A DNA stretch of 64,000 nucleotides from Eledone cirrhosa (taxonomy: Eukaryota), in assembly GCA_964016885.1 (NCBI GenBank), contig OZ024751.1, positions 7,812,001 through 7,876,000 of the forward strand. Reading direction: 5' to 3'. Of the stretch, positions 33,265 through 46,825 are shown one piece after another. The stretch's first letter is position 1. Every line of letters begins with the position of its first letter. The notes under the pieces were generated by a model. It saw nothing but the letters and a program-made list of their open reading frames with translations, had not been told where the DNA came from and did not search any database. A program made the translations under genes and the position numbers.

Positions 33265-33605
33265 ATTTGTGTAATGGTAGAGATATATGTATCTGTTGCA
33301 ACATAGTAGTAATTTGGTGAATAGCTTTGTGTGATTGACAAGTTACGCGTGATTGATTGCAGCCAGTGGCCGAATTTGAACGGTCAAAGGATGGCGGTGA
33401 CGTTTGAACTTTAGAACCAACGATATTAGCTGCTGCTGCTGGAACGGATGGGATGTGTTGAATCAGATGGAATACATATCAGAGGTACTTTCGAATGCAG
33501 ATTCCGCCTCGAGATGCTTGACGGGGAAACATATGTAACATGTTAATAAATTGTTGTTTGATGCATTAAGTATTCCTCATTATCTATAATATATATGTAT
33601 ATATA

Positions 33606-33802
<197 letters not shown>

Positions 33803-34061
33803 AAACGGAATAGAAGATGCTGACAAATTGTTCACAGTTGAACAATGGTTTAATTAGGAATAAAAGAGTATTAGTAATTGTATGGGTTAGTGTTCAGTTG
33901 TGGTTTTAAGTTTTTAAGTTTTCACCGGTTGCGCATTTCTAAATGCTTTTCAAAAATAATTTTGAGACAGAGTGTCCGTGTTATTTGCTCTGATCTGGTA
34001 TTATATTGTGTCATTTATTATGCAATTAAATACATTAATAAATAAATATAAATATATATAT

Positions 34062-34192
<131 letters not shown>

Positions 34193-34400
34193 TAAATATA
34201 TATATATATACTGTGTGTGTTTGTGTGTGTATTTGTTTATTTTATTACATAACAAACAACACATATATACATATATATATATATTAGTAACATAACAATT
34301 GTTCTCGGTATGATGAGCTAACTGTTGTGTTACTCCATCTACCAACTCGTCCCATGGACTGAGAGGTCTACCACCATGGATATTACCCTCCAGTGTTTTA

Positions 34401-34495
<95 letters not shown>

Positions 34496-34838
34496 GTGTA
34501 TATGTATGAGTGTGTATAAGCGGTTCATGCGTATATATACATATGTAAGAGTGTCATTGGATGTACGTATAGATGTTTACATGTATGTACATTTAAATGC
34601 GTGTGTACATGTCTTTTTTAACTTAGCCTCACTTTTATTTTTAAAAGTTATCAATTTCAATTCTCATATCCAAAAGATAACTATTTTATTTAATGAACAA
34701 GCTAGACCATTTTGTAAGGATCCTCCTGTCCCATCTAAAATGTTCGTACTGAAATAATTATATTGTGTCGTTTCTTATGTAATTAAATAAATTAATAAAT
34801 AAATATAAATATATATATACGAATATATATATATATAT

Positions 34839-34884
<46 letters not shown>

Positions 34885-35227
34885 TGTGTGTGTTTGTGTG
34901 TGTATTTATTTATTTAATTACATAACAAACAACACAGTATACCTATTCCATTACCAACGGTTTAGATGAAACTAGACGATCCTCACAGAAACGTCTAGCT
35001 CGTTTGACTGTCGTCATTATCCCTCCGTCTCATCTCATCCCATTTTATTACACTGTCAAGTTACCTTTGATGTTTTGCATTATCTTCCTTATCGTATCAT
35101 CTCCTCATACCACTCTCCTTATTTTTATTTTTTCCATGTTGTTATTGTTATTACTATTTTGAGGCTGTCCCAGTAACCCCCTAATCACTCACCTCACTCT
35201 TATTAATATTATTCTTTTCATTCTAAG

Positions 35228-35415
35228 GCGTTGGATTAGCAGTATCGGTAGAGGCTCGGACGCCATGCTTTCCAGCATAGTTACGTCTCTTTACGAACTG
35301 AGTTCAAATCCCGCCGAGGTTGACTTTGCCTTTCATCCTTACGGGGTCTATAAAATAAAGTACTAGTAATGCACTGGGTAATTGCTGGCCTTGTGCCTAA
35401 AGTAGAAACAATTAT
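35228..35415 (+). mobile_element. tRNA-derived SINE
   Basis: Same family as 21679-21870. Confidence 0.9.
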
Positions 35416-35899
35416 TGTTTTCATTCCTTTTATTTTTCCATGTAATTATAAATACTAGCGCACTGTACCATGTACACAGATCAGTATTCTCATGATTTGG
35501 TAGGATATCGACTGTAATTAAAATCGAATGACGTAGTATCTGTTGATCAGCGATGCTTTATACGCACCGGATTAATGAAACGATTGTTAATACCTCGAAT
35601 AAACCCTATTGTAGAGCCGATCCACGTTATTCTTCACCTATTTACTATATATATATCGCCGGCAGCTTTTGTATGTTTCGGCTCGTATTAGACAGGGCTA
35701 ACGTAATCGCCCCACATTACGAAGTGTTTCATTTAATAATTCAGACCTCAGTAATATTTTGGACACCATGGACTATTCGAGAGATAAAGTTTTCGGAGTT
35801 ATATCCGGGTATAGGTTGTTATCCGGAATTTCTTTCAGGAATTTGTCAAATGATATTGTGAATATTATGGGATCTGTTTCGCTTTTTATGTTTTGGTTT

Positions 35900-36400
35900 G
35901 ATGTTAAAGAGAGAGGAACCAGTTGAGGTTAAACAATTGTGTCATAACGTTGTAATGAGATACGGGATTGGTGTTTGTAGGGGTCTGATACGATGGGGGC
36001 CAATACCTCGATGGGTCTTAAAGATGATGCCAACATCATTTGAACAATGATGATGGAATGATTTCCATATCATGCAAATAATGTAGCGCTCATGACGACT
36101 TTTGCGAGAGTAGAGTTTAAGCTTTTCTTTTCGACCGCAATATTCGGAGCCTGCCATACTCGGCTATCTTTTTTGTGTTTCAGCTTTGACTTGCTTCGAG
36201 TTTTATGATACATTTTTCGTGTGAGGTGACCGCAGTGGATAACAGTATTCAAGATAGGGACTGGCAAACGTAGAAATGACAATGTGATACATTCTTGTTT
36301 ATACGAGTAGCCCAGTTTAGTTTATTATCAGCAATTACACCAAGAGCAGCGGTGTTATGGCTAGAAGTACCGAGAGTTTCGGCTGATGTAGAATAATATG
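35900..36400 (-). mobile_element. Decayed LINE (CR1/Jockey-group-like) C-terminal fragment
   Basis: Remnants ILNTV-HC-HL and LKLYSRKSRHERYIICMIWK resemble the LxLYSLxRRRERY-IIY-WK LINE C-terminus. Confidence 0.55.
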
Positions 36401-36469
36401 ATAAATTCAGTTTCATCTTTTCCAAAGTGCATTTGTTCTGAATTCATCATCATTCACAATTCACACACA

Positions 36470-36583
<114 letters not shown>

Positions 36584-36804
36584 TATCTGTATGAATGTAC
36601 GTGTGTATGTAGATCCCGACATATATATGTACACAGTACATTAGTTGAATGTAAACATCATACTTAATGAAAAATAATGTGTACACACTGAGAATAGTGT
36701 CTTTCATACTGAATCAACAGAAATGCACAGTTGATTTCGTACGAATGGAATATGTCTTGTCCTGTAGAAGACATTTCGATAGTAATGTTTATATATGTAT
36801 GTAT

Positions 36805-36874
<70 letters not shown>

Positions 36875-36878
36875 CTTA

Positions 36879-36908
<30 letters not shown>

Positions 36909-36914
<6 letters not shown>

Positions 36915-39640
36915 CTTACGCACCCCAATCGGGGCTGCCAGACGAACTTAAGGATAGGTTTTACGAGTCCCTAATACACACTACTGCTCTAACAGACGAC
37001 AAGGACTTCCTAATCATTGCAGGAGATTTTAACGGACACGTAGGTAAACACTGCGACGGCTTCAATAGAGTACATGGAGGCCATGGAGTTGGCACAAGGA
37101 ATGAGGAAGGATTCAGACTTCTAGAATTCTGCGACGCCAATGACATGTCGATATGTAACACAAACTTTAAAAAACCCGACAACCACCTGATCACCTATAG
37201 ATCAGGGGAGCACTCTAGTCAGTTAGATGTTATCCTCATCAGAGGACGTGACAGATGGACGGTCGTAAACACAAAAGCCTTCCCTAGTGAGGAATGTACA
37301 TCCCAACATAGCTTAGTTGTCAGCGACCTCACGGTCAGAACTAGACGAGCCCTGAAACAGAGGCCAACCTGGAGAAGAAAGATCTGGAAGCTGAAAGTCC
37401 CCTCAACCAGTAACAGATTTAAAGATATTTTACTCAACGCCTACGACAGTAAAGAAGAACAGATAAAGACATTTAACGTAGAAGAGAACTGGGAGTTCCT
37501 AAAAAATAACTTACTAGAGGCGACGGAGGAGGTTTGTGGCTGGAGTAAGACCTCAAGCAGATGGAGAGTGACTTGGTGGTGGAACAATAAGGTAGATGAA
37601 GCAGTCAAGGCCAAGAGACAGGCATGGAAAGAATGGAAGAACGGGGGGAGCAGGGTACATTACATAGAGACCAAGAGGGAAGCTAGGCGACAAGTATACT
37701 TAGCTAGGAGGGAAGCAGAGAATAGAAAATTCAAGCATGTTTTACAACGTGAGGACCAGAAACAGGAGGTATTCAAGATTGCGAGGCAGTGTGTCAGAGA
37801 TAGTTGTGATGTCATTGGAGAGAAGTGTATCCGGAATGATAAAGGTGAGCTTGCCCTCACAAGTGCTGAGAAGAAAGATGCATGGAAGAGTCATTATGAT
37901 AGATTACTAAATGAGGAGAATGCATGGGAAGAAGAGACCCTACCCCACGTAGACCCTATAGAGGGACCAGCAGTACAAGTCAGCGGCAGCGTAGTAAGTA
38001 AGGCAATCAGAGATATGAAGATAGGGAAGGCAACCGGTCCATCGGGTATAGCTGCCGAGATGCTGAAGGCATCTGGGTCTGTAGGTCACACTATAACCAC
38101 ACGTATCGTTAACCAGGTAATACTAGAGGGGGCCATACCAAAAGATTGGTGCAGTAGCATCATTGTCAACTGCTACAAAGGTAAAGGCGATGCACTAGAT
38201 AGAGGAAACTATAGAGGTATAAAGTTGATGGACCAGGTCATGAAAGTAACAGAAAGAGTTATAGCACAGCTGATTAGGGACCGGGTGAATATAGACGAGA
38301 TGCAATTTGGGTTTGTACCAGGGAAAGGCACCACTGATGCCCTCTTCCTTGTGAGGCAATTACAGGAAAAGTACCTAGCTAAAAGTAAGCCACTCTACTT
38401 GGCATTTGTCGACCTTGAGAAAGCCTTTGACAGAGTTCCACGTGCAGTAATCTGGTGGGCTCTTAGAAAACTAGGAGTAGATGAATGGCTTGTGAAAGCG
38501 GTACAAGCCATGTATAGGGGAGCAGTCAGCAAAGTTAGGATTGGCAATGAGTATAGCGAGGAATTTAGCGTACAGGTTGGGGTCCACCAGGGCTCTGTTC
38601 TTAGCCCTCTCCTGTTCATCATAGTCCTGCAGGCAATAACGGAGGAGTTTAAGACCGGATGCCCATGGGAACTCCTGTATGCTGATGACCTCGCACTCAT
38701 AGCTGAATCTATGGTAGAACTAGAGAATAAATTCCAAACCTGGAAGCAGGGACTAGAGAGAAAGGGCCTCAAAGTCAACATGACAAAGACTAAGGTCCTT
38801 ATAAGTAGACGAGAAAACAGAACCCAGATCCCCTCAGGGAAATGGCCTTGCACAGTATGTAGGAAAGGTGTAGGTAGGAACTCCATTCTCTGCCCCAAAT
38901 GCAAACAATGGGTACACAAGAGATGTAGCGGGATCTCAGGAAGCTTAATTAAGAATGTAGGATTCACATGCAGCAGCTGTGCTGAAACAGCAAGCAAACA
39001 GCCACAGGAAACAAGTACCACCAATCTCTGGGAGGGCCCTGTAGAAACAGTAGACAGCTTCTGCTACCTAGGTGACCGAATTAGCAACGGAGGTGGGTGC
39101 TCAGAAAGTACAATAACTAGGGTAAGAACGGGATGGAAGAAGTTTAGGGAACTACTACCACTGCTAGCTGCAAAAGGCTTCTCCCTCAGAATGAAAGGCA
39201 GACTGTATGATGCGTGTATCCGAACAACGATGTTGCATGGTAGCGAGACCTGGGCGCTGAAGGTGGAAGACTTACGTAGATTAGAGAGAAACGAAGCCTG
39301 CATGCTCCGATGGATGTGTAACAGTAATATACGTGAACGACAAAGCATAAAGGAATTGAGAGAGAGACTGAGCATAAGAGGAATCAAATGCTGCGTGCAG
39401 GAGAGGCGGTTACGCTGGTATGGACATGTGATGCGTATGAAGGATGACAGCTGCATAAAAAGGTGCAGAGCACTAGAAGTTGATGGAAACCGCGGAGTGG
39501 GGAGACCCAAGATGACTTGGGATGAGGTGATAAAAGCCGACCTTACCCAACTACACCTCTCAAAGTCAATGACACACGACCGTGACTTCTGGCGTCACGC
39601 AGTAATACAGGGTACCCGACCTCCCATGGGTACATGCTGA
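36909..39640 (+). CDS. RTE polyprotein: truncated AP endonuclease, reverse transcriptase, PHD-like Cys-rich insert
   Basis: SAYAPQ, IAGDFNGHVG, NYRGIKL, QFGF, FVDLEKAFD, GVHQGSVLSPLLF, LLYADD, CTVC..CPKC..HKRC..CSSC, RRLRWYGHV; the predicted start at 36731 is only read-through of (TA)n. Confidence 0.9.
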
Positions 39641-39940
39641 AGCATACAAACAATATGCCCCCCCCCCCACCGCAAGGTGGTCGTGGAGGTGCCACGGCAA
39701 AAAAGCACCCAGCCCACACTGTAAAGTGGACGTGTAGGCGCCACGAAAAAGCACCCAGCACTCACTGTAAATGAGGTTGGTGTTAGGAAGGGCATCCAGC
39801 TGTAGAAATCAAGCCAGATCAGTTCCTGTATGAGCAAGGCATGGTCAGCCGACCAGACACTGCCCACAGCAGGACAACCCGTCTAACCCATGCTAGCGTG
39901 GAAGAACGGACGTAAAACGGTGATGATGATGATGATGATG
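36909..39940 (+). mobile_element. Young 5'-truncated RTE-clade LINE with a (GAT)n tail, inserted in (TA)n
   Basis: Uninterrupted ORF, 3' UTR with a short internal direct repeat, (GAT)n tail at 39922-39940. Confidence 0.95.
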
Positions 39941-40025
39941 ATATATATATAAAGTGGTCGATACAACATAATCATGGCCCACGACGTACATCACTGAACA
40001 CTTACACGGAGGTATATGAGACATC

Positions 40026-40112
40026 TGCCTTTCATCCTTCCGGGGTCGATAAAATAAAGTACCAGTAATGCACTGGATAATTGCTGGCCTTGTGCCAAAC
40101 GTAGAAACAATT
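40026..40112 (+). mobile_element. 3' half of a SINE
   Basis: gcctttcatccttccggggtcgataaaataaagtaccagt..ggccttgtgcc. Confidence 0.85.
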
Positions 40113-40466
40113 ATATCATATACCTTCGTGCTTTGTCAATAACAGAGCTAGCATTAACGTGACGTCATAATGCTAATATTTCTTGCAGCAGCCAAAATAG
40201 ATGAAGTAAGCTAAATTGTAGTAAGTTGCTAAGCAAAGACATAGAATGTGGCTGCAAAAATGTTTATAAATCTATTTATCATGTTTACACTTTTGCTACT
40301 TCATCAGTAGAGGTCAATATATCTTAGTTTTCTTTTTAGGTTTTTGAATGAAAAAAATATGTTAAATGAACCAATGCAATCTCCCTGGACTGCTAATAGC
40401 TGATATGTCAGAGATAGTGAAGATAGCAATTGATAAAATCAGATATATAGATATAGATTACCTTAC

Positions 40467-40509
<43 letters not shown>

Positions 40510-40538
<29 letters not shown>

Positions 40539-41140
40539 TAAATATATAAATAAATATATATATTTATATATACACATATATGCATATGTATATATATATA
40601 TACATACATATACATGAATGTATGTGTATATATATAGATATATACATACATTATGTATGTTTATTATATATATATATTTAAGAAAGAAAAAACAGATAAA
40701 AACTGGCGTTAATCCCCTGTAGTTTAATGAGCTCAAAGATTAGATACCAGGCTTATTATAATACAGTATATATAGAAGAAAACACAAATAGGTATGTGTT
40801 AAATTATATATATATATATTTATATATACATATGTGTACACACACATATATATATATATATATACACACACATAAATAGATAAATACATATATATATTTA
40901 TATATACACATATATGCATATGTATATATATATATACATACATATACATGAATGTATGTGTATATATATAGATATATACATACATTATGTATGTTTATTA
41001 TATATATATATTTAAGAAAGAAAAAACAGATAAAAACTGGCGTTAATCCCCTGTAGTTTAATGAGCTCAAAGATTAGATACCAGGCTTATTATAATACAG
41101 TATATATAGAAGAAAACACAAATAGGTATGTGTTAAATTA
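40510..41140. repeat. Tandem duplication with a 334-bp period
   Basis: aagaaagaaaaaacagataaaaactggcg..ggtatgtgttaaatta occurs twice; ORF ends 40736 and 41070 differ by 334. Confidence 0.85.
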
Positions 41141-41887
41141 CAGTAGATAGAATACCACCAGACTGAAACGCATAAAGTCTACGAGAGGAATGGAAAATAC
41201 ATATCAAATAAAAAAATAAATAAATATGCACAAACCAAACTTTTATAACTATTAACACGTGGACAAACTCTAATAAGAAAATGATTCACCTTAAAAAGTT
41301 CTGAGCCCATACCGTTCAGGGCTTATCAACAGGTGTAAAACAGTGTGGTTCACACTACTAAAATGACATCTGTTAACTAAAACCCACAAGGTCAAACTAG
41401 AATAAAACAGGCGCTCTACATAGCCCATAGTGGGGTGAATGGAGCGAAAGACCACTAGAAATAACAGCCCAGAACCATTCAAAGATTTCTTTAAAATCAC
41501 AATTACAGACTAATTATATTTAGTCAAATACGGCGTAAGCACACGTTACTACGTAATTTTCAAATTCGCTACCAGTTTCTAAACACAGTCTGCTCTCTGT
41601 CTCCCTATTTATATACATATATATACCTGCTATGCTTACATAGCCTCTAATTGAAGGGAGTGTGGTATGGGTGGCATGTTGGTATAATGGCAAAACGTTG
41701 GTCCGGCAAACCAATTATGTGGTTTCGTGTTCCATGTATTTCAATACTCCTCCTTTTTTCTATTCAGGTGTTTTTAAAATCCGAACGGACTAATTCTATT
41801 TAGTCAAATACGGTGTAGGCACATATTACTACCTAATTTTCACCTTCGCTAGCCGTTTCAAACTAAACCTGCTTCTCCCTACTTATG

Positions 41888-41990
<103 letters not shown>

Positions 41991-42040
41991 GTATGTATTA
42001 ATTCAAAATATTAATATATATAGACATTCACGTATTCAAA

Positions 42041-42112
42041 ATATATTTTATTATATATATTTCGGAGGTACTGTGTTGTTTTTTCAGAATGTCCTCATCA
42101 GATAAAATATAT
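42041..42112 (-). ncRNA. Type I HHR
   Basis: Minus strand ATATATTTTAT-CTGATGA-GGA..TCC-GAAA-TATATAT-A-ATAAAATATAT; 11-bp stem I and a G-C first pair in stem II. Confidence 0.75.
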
Positions 42113-42440
42113 AAGTTGATGTATGATATACCTCAACTGTTCTGATGGTTCAATTCCAGTCTTGGCATATATATATATAAATCTAATCTGAGTTTTTCGA
42201 ATATTAATAATAACATTCGATTCGTTTGCAATTATGCAAACAAACTTTAATGTTATAGCTATGTCTTTATTTGACATGCGAATATATATATATTTATACA
42301 TAGACACACACAGACAGACACACTCACACACACACATATAAATATACATATATATATGTACATATATATATACATATATATTTACATATATATACATATA
42401 TTATATTGAATCTTTGTTGGGTTTTTTCAATAAACAAATA

Positions 42441-42578
42441 TCATTATTTCTGAAGACAGCATATATATGTGTAGGTATGTATATTCCCTCTGATAGTTTG
42501 TAAAATGTTTACATAGATCTATATGATATACATACAAACACACACATATATATCCTAGAAAAGATCGTAAAATGATGA
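42441..42578 (+). ncRNA. HHR with a stem II of about 100 nt (5' pLTR; stem III mutated)
   Basis: TCATTATTT-CTGAAGA-[about 100 nt]-GAAA-AGATCG-TA-AAATGATGA. Confidence 0.65.
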
Positions 42579-42874
42579 ATTTTTTAATATAAGGAACTGT
42601 TTCTTTGTTTTATTCATTATTTTTATTAATTTATCTTGACTCTGTTTTCCTGTGTTTTTCATCGAAAAAATGTTGAATACATCTTCTCTTTTCATGATAT
42701 TTGGATTACATTGAGTTCTTGATACGGATTGGACACTACCATATATTTTGGTAGATTTATCTACATACTTTGCTCCTAATTTTATAAAGGTATTCATATT
42801 TTTATATATATATAATTTTATAACTCCCTATATATATAGTTGAGCTCTTGTTCTTGTCCATTATCCATATTACA

Positions 42875-45410
42875 ATGGAAAAACAATACTTGGGAACTTC
42901 TTTAAAGAATATACCAATACATTCTAAGCATGAATTCTTACTTCTTATGATACAAAAAACCAACCAATTCATCAAAAGGGTCAGATGGAGGGCCTACCAC
43001 TTTGATAAAAAAACAAAATGTACTGATAAGAAATATTTATATGATTTCACTACATATAAGAACCCACCACACAACTCCTTGCTTGAAAACTTCGAGAAAG
43101 ACCTTTTTAACTTAATCAAAAACCTCAAATTTAAGAAATATAAATCTAATTTTCAAAAGGATCTTGACTCCACCCTATTGGATCTAAAAAAATCTAACAA
43201 AATCCATGTCCACTCTGACAAAACTGGAAATATGTACCACATGGATATTGATAATTACAATGAGTTCATTTATAAAGAACTCAGGAAAAATTATAAAAAA
43301 ACAAATAATGCGGCACTTACCAATATCAACAATAAAACACACAACATAGTAAATAAACTCAATATTGAAGATAGAACTGAACCCTTGGCACTGAAAAAAA
43401 CACATTTTAACCTGAAAGATCACAAATCTAATTTTAACTCTAATCCTTCTATAAGACGTATATGCCCTTCCAAATCTGACATTGGCATCATTAGTAAAAC
43501 AAGTTTGGATAGAGTCATCCCACAATTAAGAAGACATGTTAATTTACCACTCTGGGAAAACACATGCCAGGTAATTAACTGGTTTACTAATATTAGAAAT
43601 AAATCATCTGCTTCATTTCTACAATTCGATATAGATGCTTATTATCCCTCTATTTCACCCATACTCCTGAACAAAGCCTTGATATTTGCCAAAAATAGAC
43701 CAAACTTAATTATGGATGACATTAATATTATCACGCACGCTAGACAAACACTACTGGAATTTCAGAAGGAATAGTGGACCAGAAATACATATAGTAATCT
43801 ATTCGACATTACTATGGGATCTAGTGATTCTGCCCAAATTACCGATCTTGTGGGCCTCTTTCTTCTATTTAACATAAATGCTTCTTTTCCCCACCTTAAA
43901 GGTGGTTTATATCGTGATAACTGTCTTCTTCTTTCCACTAACCTTAGCTTATCAGAAATTGAAAACAAAATAAAAACACTTATTAGAACTTTCCTCAAAC
44001 ACTATTATGGTCTCACTAATACATTTGAAAACACTAGTAAAGTAATTAATTTCCTTGATATAACTTTAGACTTATCTACGCGTATCTACCAACCTTACCA
44101 TAAACCTAGCCAAAACTTACATTACATACACTCACAATCTAATCACCCTAGATCTATCATTAAAAACCTAGCATATAATATCTCACTCAGAATTTCTAAC
44201 CTTTCATCTAACCAGGATGTATTCGATAAACATGCGCCCTTTTATAACGAAGCTTTAGCTAGAAGCGGCCACAAAAACAAATTAGTATATATACCTTGTA
44301 CCAATAATAATACAAACATACAACCCAATATTACCAACAAACACCAAATGAAATATACACACGTAAATACCACTCACACTATACCCAAAAATAACAACTT
44401 AAAACTTAATTTCTCTACCTCTTCTAATATACAATATAATAACTTTCAAAAAACCATTCATCCTAATATTCCAATATATGTTAATAACATTACTAACAAC
44501 ATTCCTAATAATCAGGCTAAAACACCTAAATCAGTTAATCTAACTAAACATATGTGTAATAAAATCACTAATATTAATTCTCTTAGTAAACATCAGGATA
44601 CATCGTATACAAATTAAAAATAACATCGAAACCGTAATAGACGAGTTACTTGGTATAATGCCCCTTTTAATCTACAAATTAAAGATAATATACCTAAAAA
44701 ATGTTTTACTATCCTAGAGAAAAACTTCCCGCCAAACCATAAATACCATCAAATTTTAAATAGATCAACGGTCAAATTCTCCTACTCCACAACCAAAAAT
44801 ATACAACAAAACATAAGTGCCTACAATGCATATACATGTAAAAGAACCATGAATATACCACCAACACATCAAACTAACAATAATACTAAAATAATCCACA
44901 GCAAACCACCATCTCATTCACATACAACAAGTCGAGAAAATTCCACACCTAATTTGACTACCTCCCCTGATATAATATTCACGAATGGTTGTAACTGTAG
45001 AAACAAAGCAAAGTGCCCATTAAAAGGAAATTGCCTTATTAATAACATAGTATATAAATGTAAAATTAGCACTAAGGACTCAACTTATTCATATATAGGA
45101 GCTACTTCTAACCAATTTAAAGTAAGATTTAATACCCACAAACACAGTTTTAAAAATGCCGCATTAGTTATTACAATTCCTTAGCTGGAATAATTAATAA
45201 TTATAGAAAAAAGAATATCGATTATAATCTGACCTGGAGTGTGCTCAAAAGGGCATCCCTAATCAAAATAATAGATATGAATGTAAATTATGTTCCCAGG
45301 AACTTTTTGCAATAATGAAATCTAAGGATATCCTATTAAATAAGCGACAATATTTAATTATATCGTGCAATCATAGAATTAGAAAAACTTTCAAATATTA
45401 TAAACCTTAA
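42875..45410 (+). pseudogene. Naiad-type RT/GIY-YIG ORF with nonsense and frameshift lesions
   Basis: SLKNIP, HSDKTGNMY, QFDIDAYYPS, MGSSDSAQ, GLYRDN, SNHP, WYNAPF, CNCRNKAKCPLKGNCL..IVYKC..YIGAT..FKVRFNTH; TAG at 43772. Confidence 0.9.
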
Positions 45411-46132
45411 TAATATACACTTATATTTTACAAATTATTATAATTAAATTTTTTAAATTAGTTAAGCTATAATTAATATTCTACTACTAAGAACTGCATA
45501 ATTTTATTTCCCTTTTACAGCTATCTTTTCCTAAAATGTATACCAATAAGTATACATATAAACTATTTTAATTTCCTGTTATGAATCTAAATTCCTTGTA
45601 AACTATATAAGTTTGCTATTTCTCACTAATACATTTATCCCCCCCCCCCCAAAAAAAATGTTTTTCTCCTTCGTTTTAACAACATTCTTTAATAACATCT
45701 AACTCTTATTTATCATATCTATATGAATTAATATAAATTTATCCCTATAAATATACCTATAAATTAAATTAATTTAATCTCTTTTTATAGATCTAAATTC
45801 CTTATGTTTTAAATACGATTGATATTTTTCACTAACACATTTATCGTAAAATGTTATTCTCCTTATATTTTAACATTAGCATTATTCTTTAATAACATCA
45901 AATGTTCACCTTTCACCGGCTTGACCTATTTTCATCCCCAAAGTAATCTTTTCATTAAGAATACTCTTTCAATTCAAAAGTGAAGTCTGTATTCCTCTAC
46001 CCCTAAATTAAATTTGTACTACTACTATTCTATCAACTTGAGCGCTTACTACTTTTCTATTGGTAAATTCAAAACCTGTTCCCAAACAGACCAATTATAT
46101 TAAATCTGTGTTGGTTTTTTTCAATAAACGAA

Positions 46133-46272
46133 TATCATTATTTCTGAAGACAGCATATATATGTGTAGGTATGTATATTCCCTTTGATAGTTGTAAAATG
46201 TTTACATAGATCTATATGATATTCATACCAACACACACATATATATCGTAGAAACGATCGTAAAATGATGAT
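46133..46272 (+). ncRNA. HHR with a 100-nt stem II (3' pLTR)
   Basis: TCATTATTT-CTGAAGA-[46151-46250]-GAAA-CGATCG-TA-AAATGATGA; palindromic ACGATCGT. Confidence 0.75.
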
Positions 46273-46625
46273 TTTTTTAATATAAGGAACTGCTTCTTTG
46301 TTTTTATTCATTATTTTTATTAATTTATATATACATATATGTATATATAGTTTTAATATAGAGGAGATTCTACAGGACTAGAACTGTTTTATTCTTTATA
46401 AGCTAGGAATGTGGCTTTCCAAATTAAATGTTGTGGAATTTATATATTTTCAGGTGGTAGGAGAGGGTGGGGAGTGGGATGGATGGAGGTCATTGATTGA
46501 AAGAAAAGGGAATTCATTAAAAGCTAATTATTTGTGTATACATATATATATATACACATACACACATATACACTTATACATGCATACATACATATATATA
46601 TATATATATATACATACATACATAT

Positions 46626-46726
<101 letters not shown>

Positions 46727-46731
46727 CATAC

Positions 46732-46784
<53 letters not shown>

Positions 46785-46825
46785 CACACATACACACACA
46801 TACACATGTGTATACATATATACAC

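Larger units (their letters stand above)
42400..46328 (+). mobile_element. Full-length Naiad-type PLE with about 235-bp direct pLTRs (42400-42634, 46094-46328)
   Basis: Direct repeats carrying HHRs; RT + GIY-YIG ORF between them; TA-rich flanks. Confidence 0.9.

Noticed and set aside
36731-36908. N-terminal extension of the 969-aa ORF
   Set aside because: Chance open frame through flank and (TA)n; the element starts at ISAYAPQ, inside the endonuclease domain
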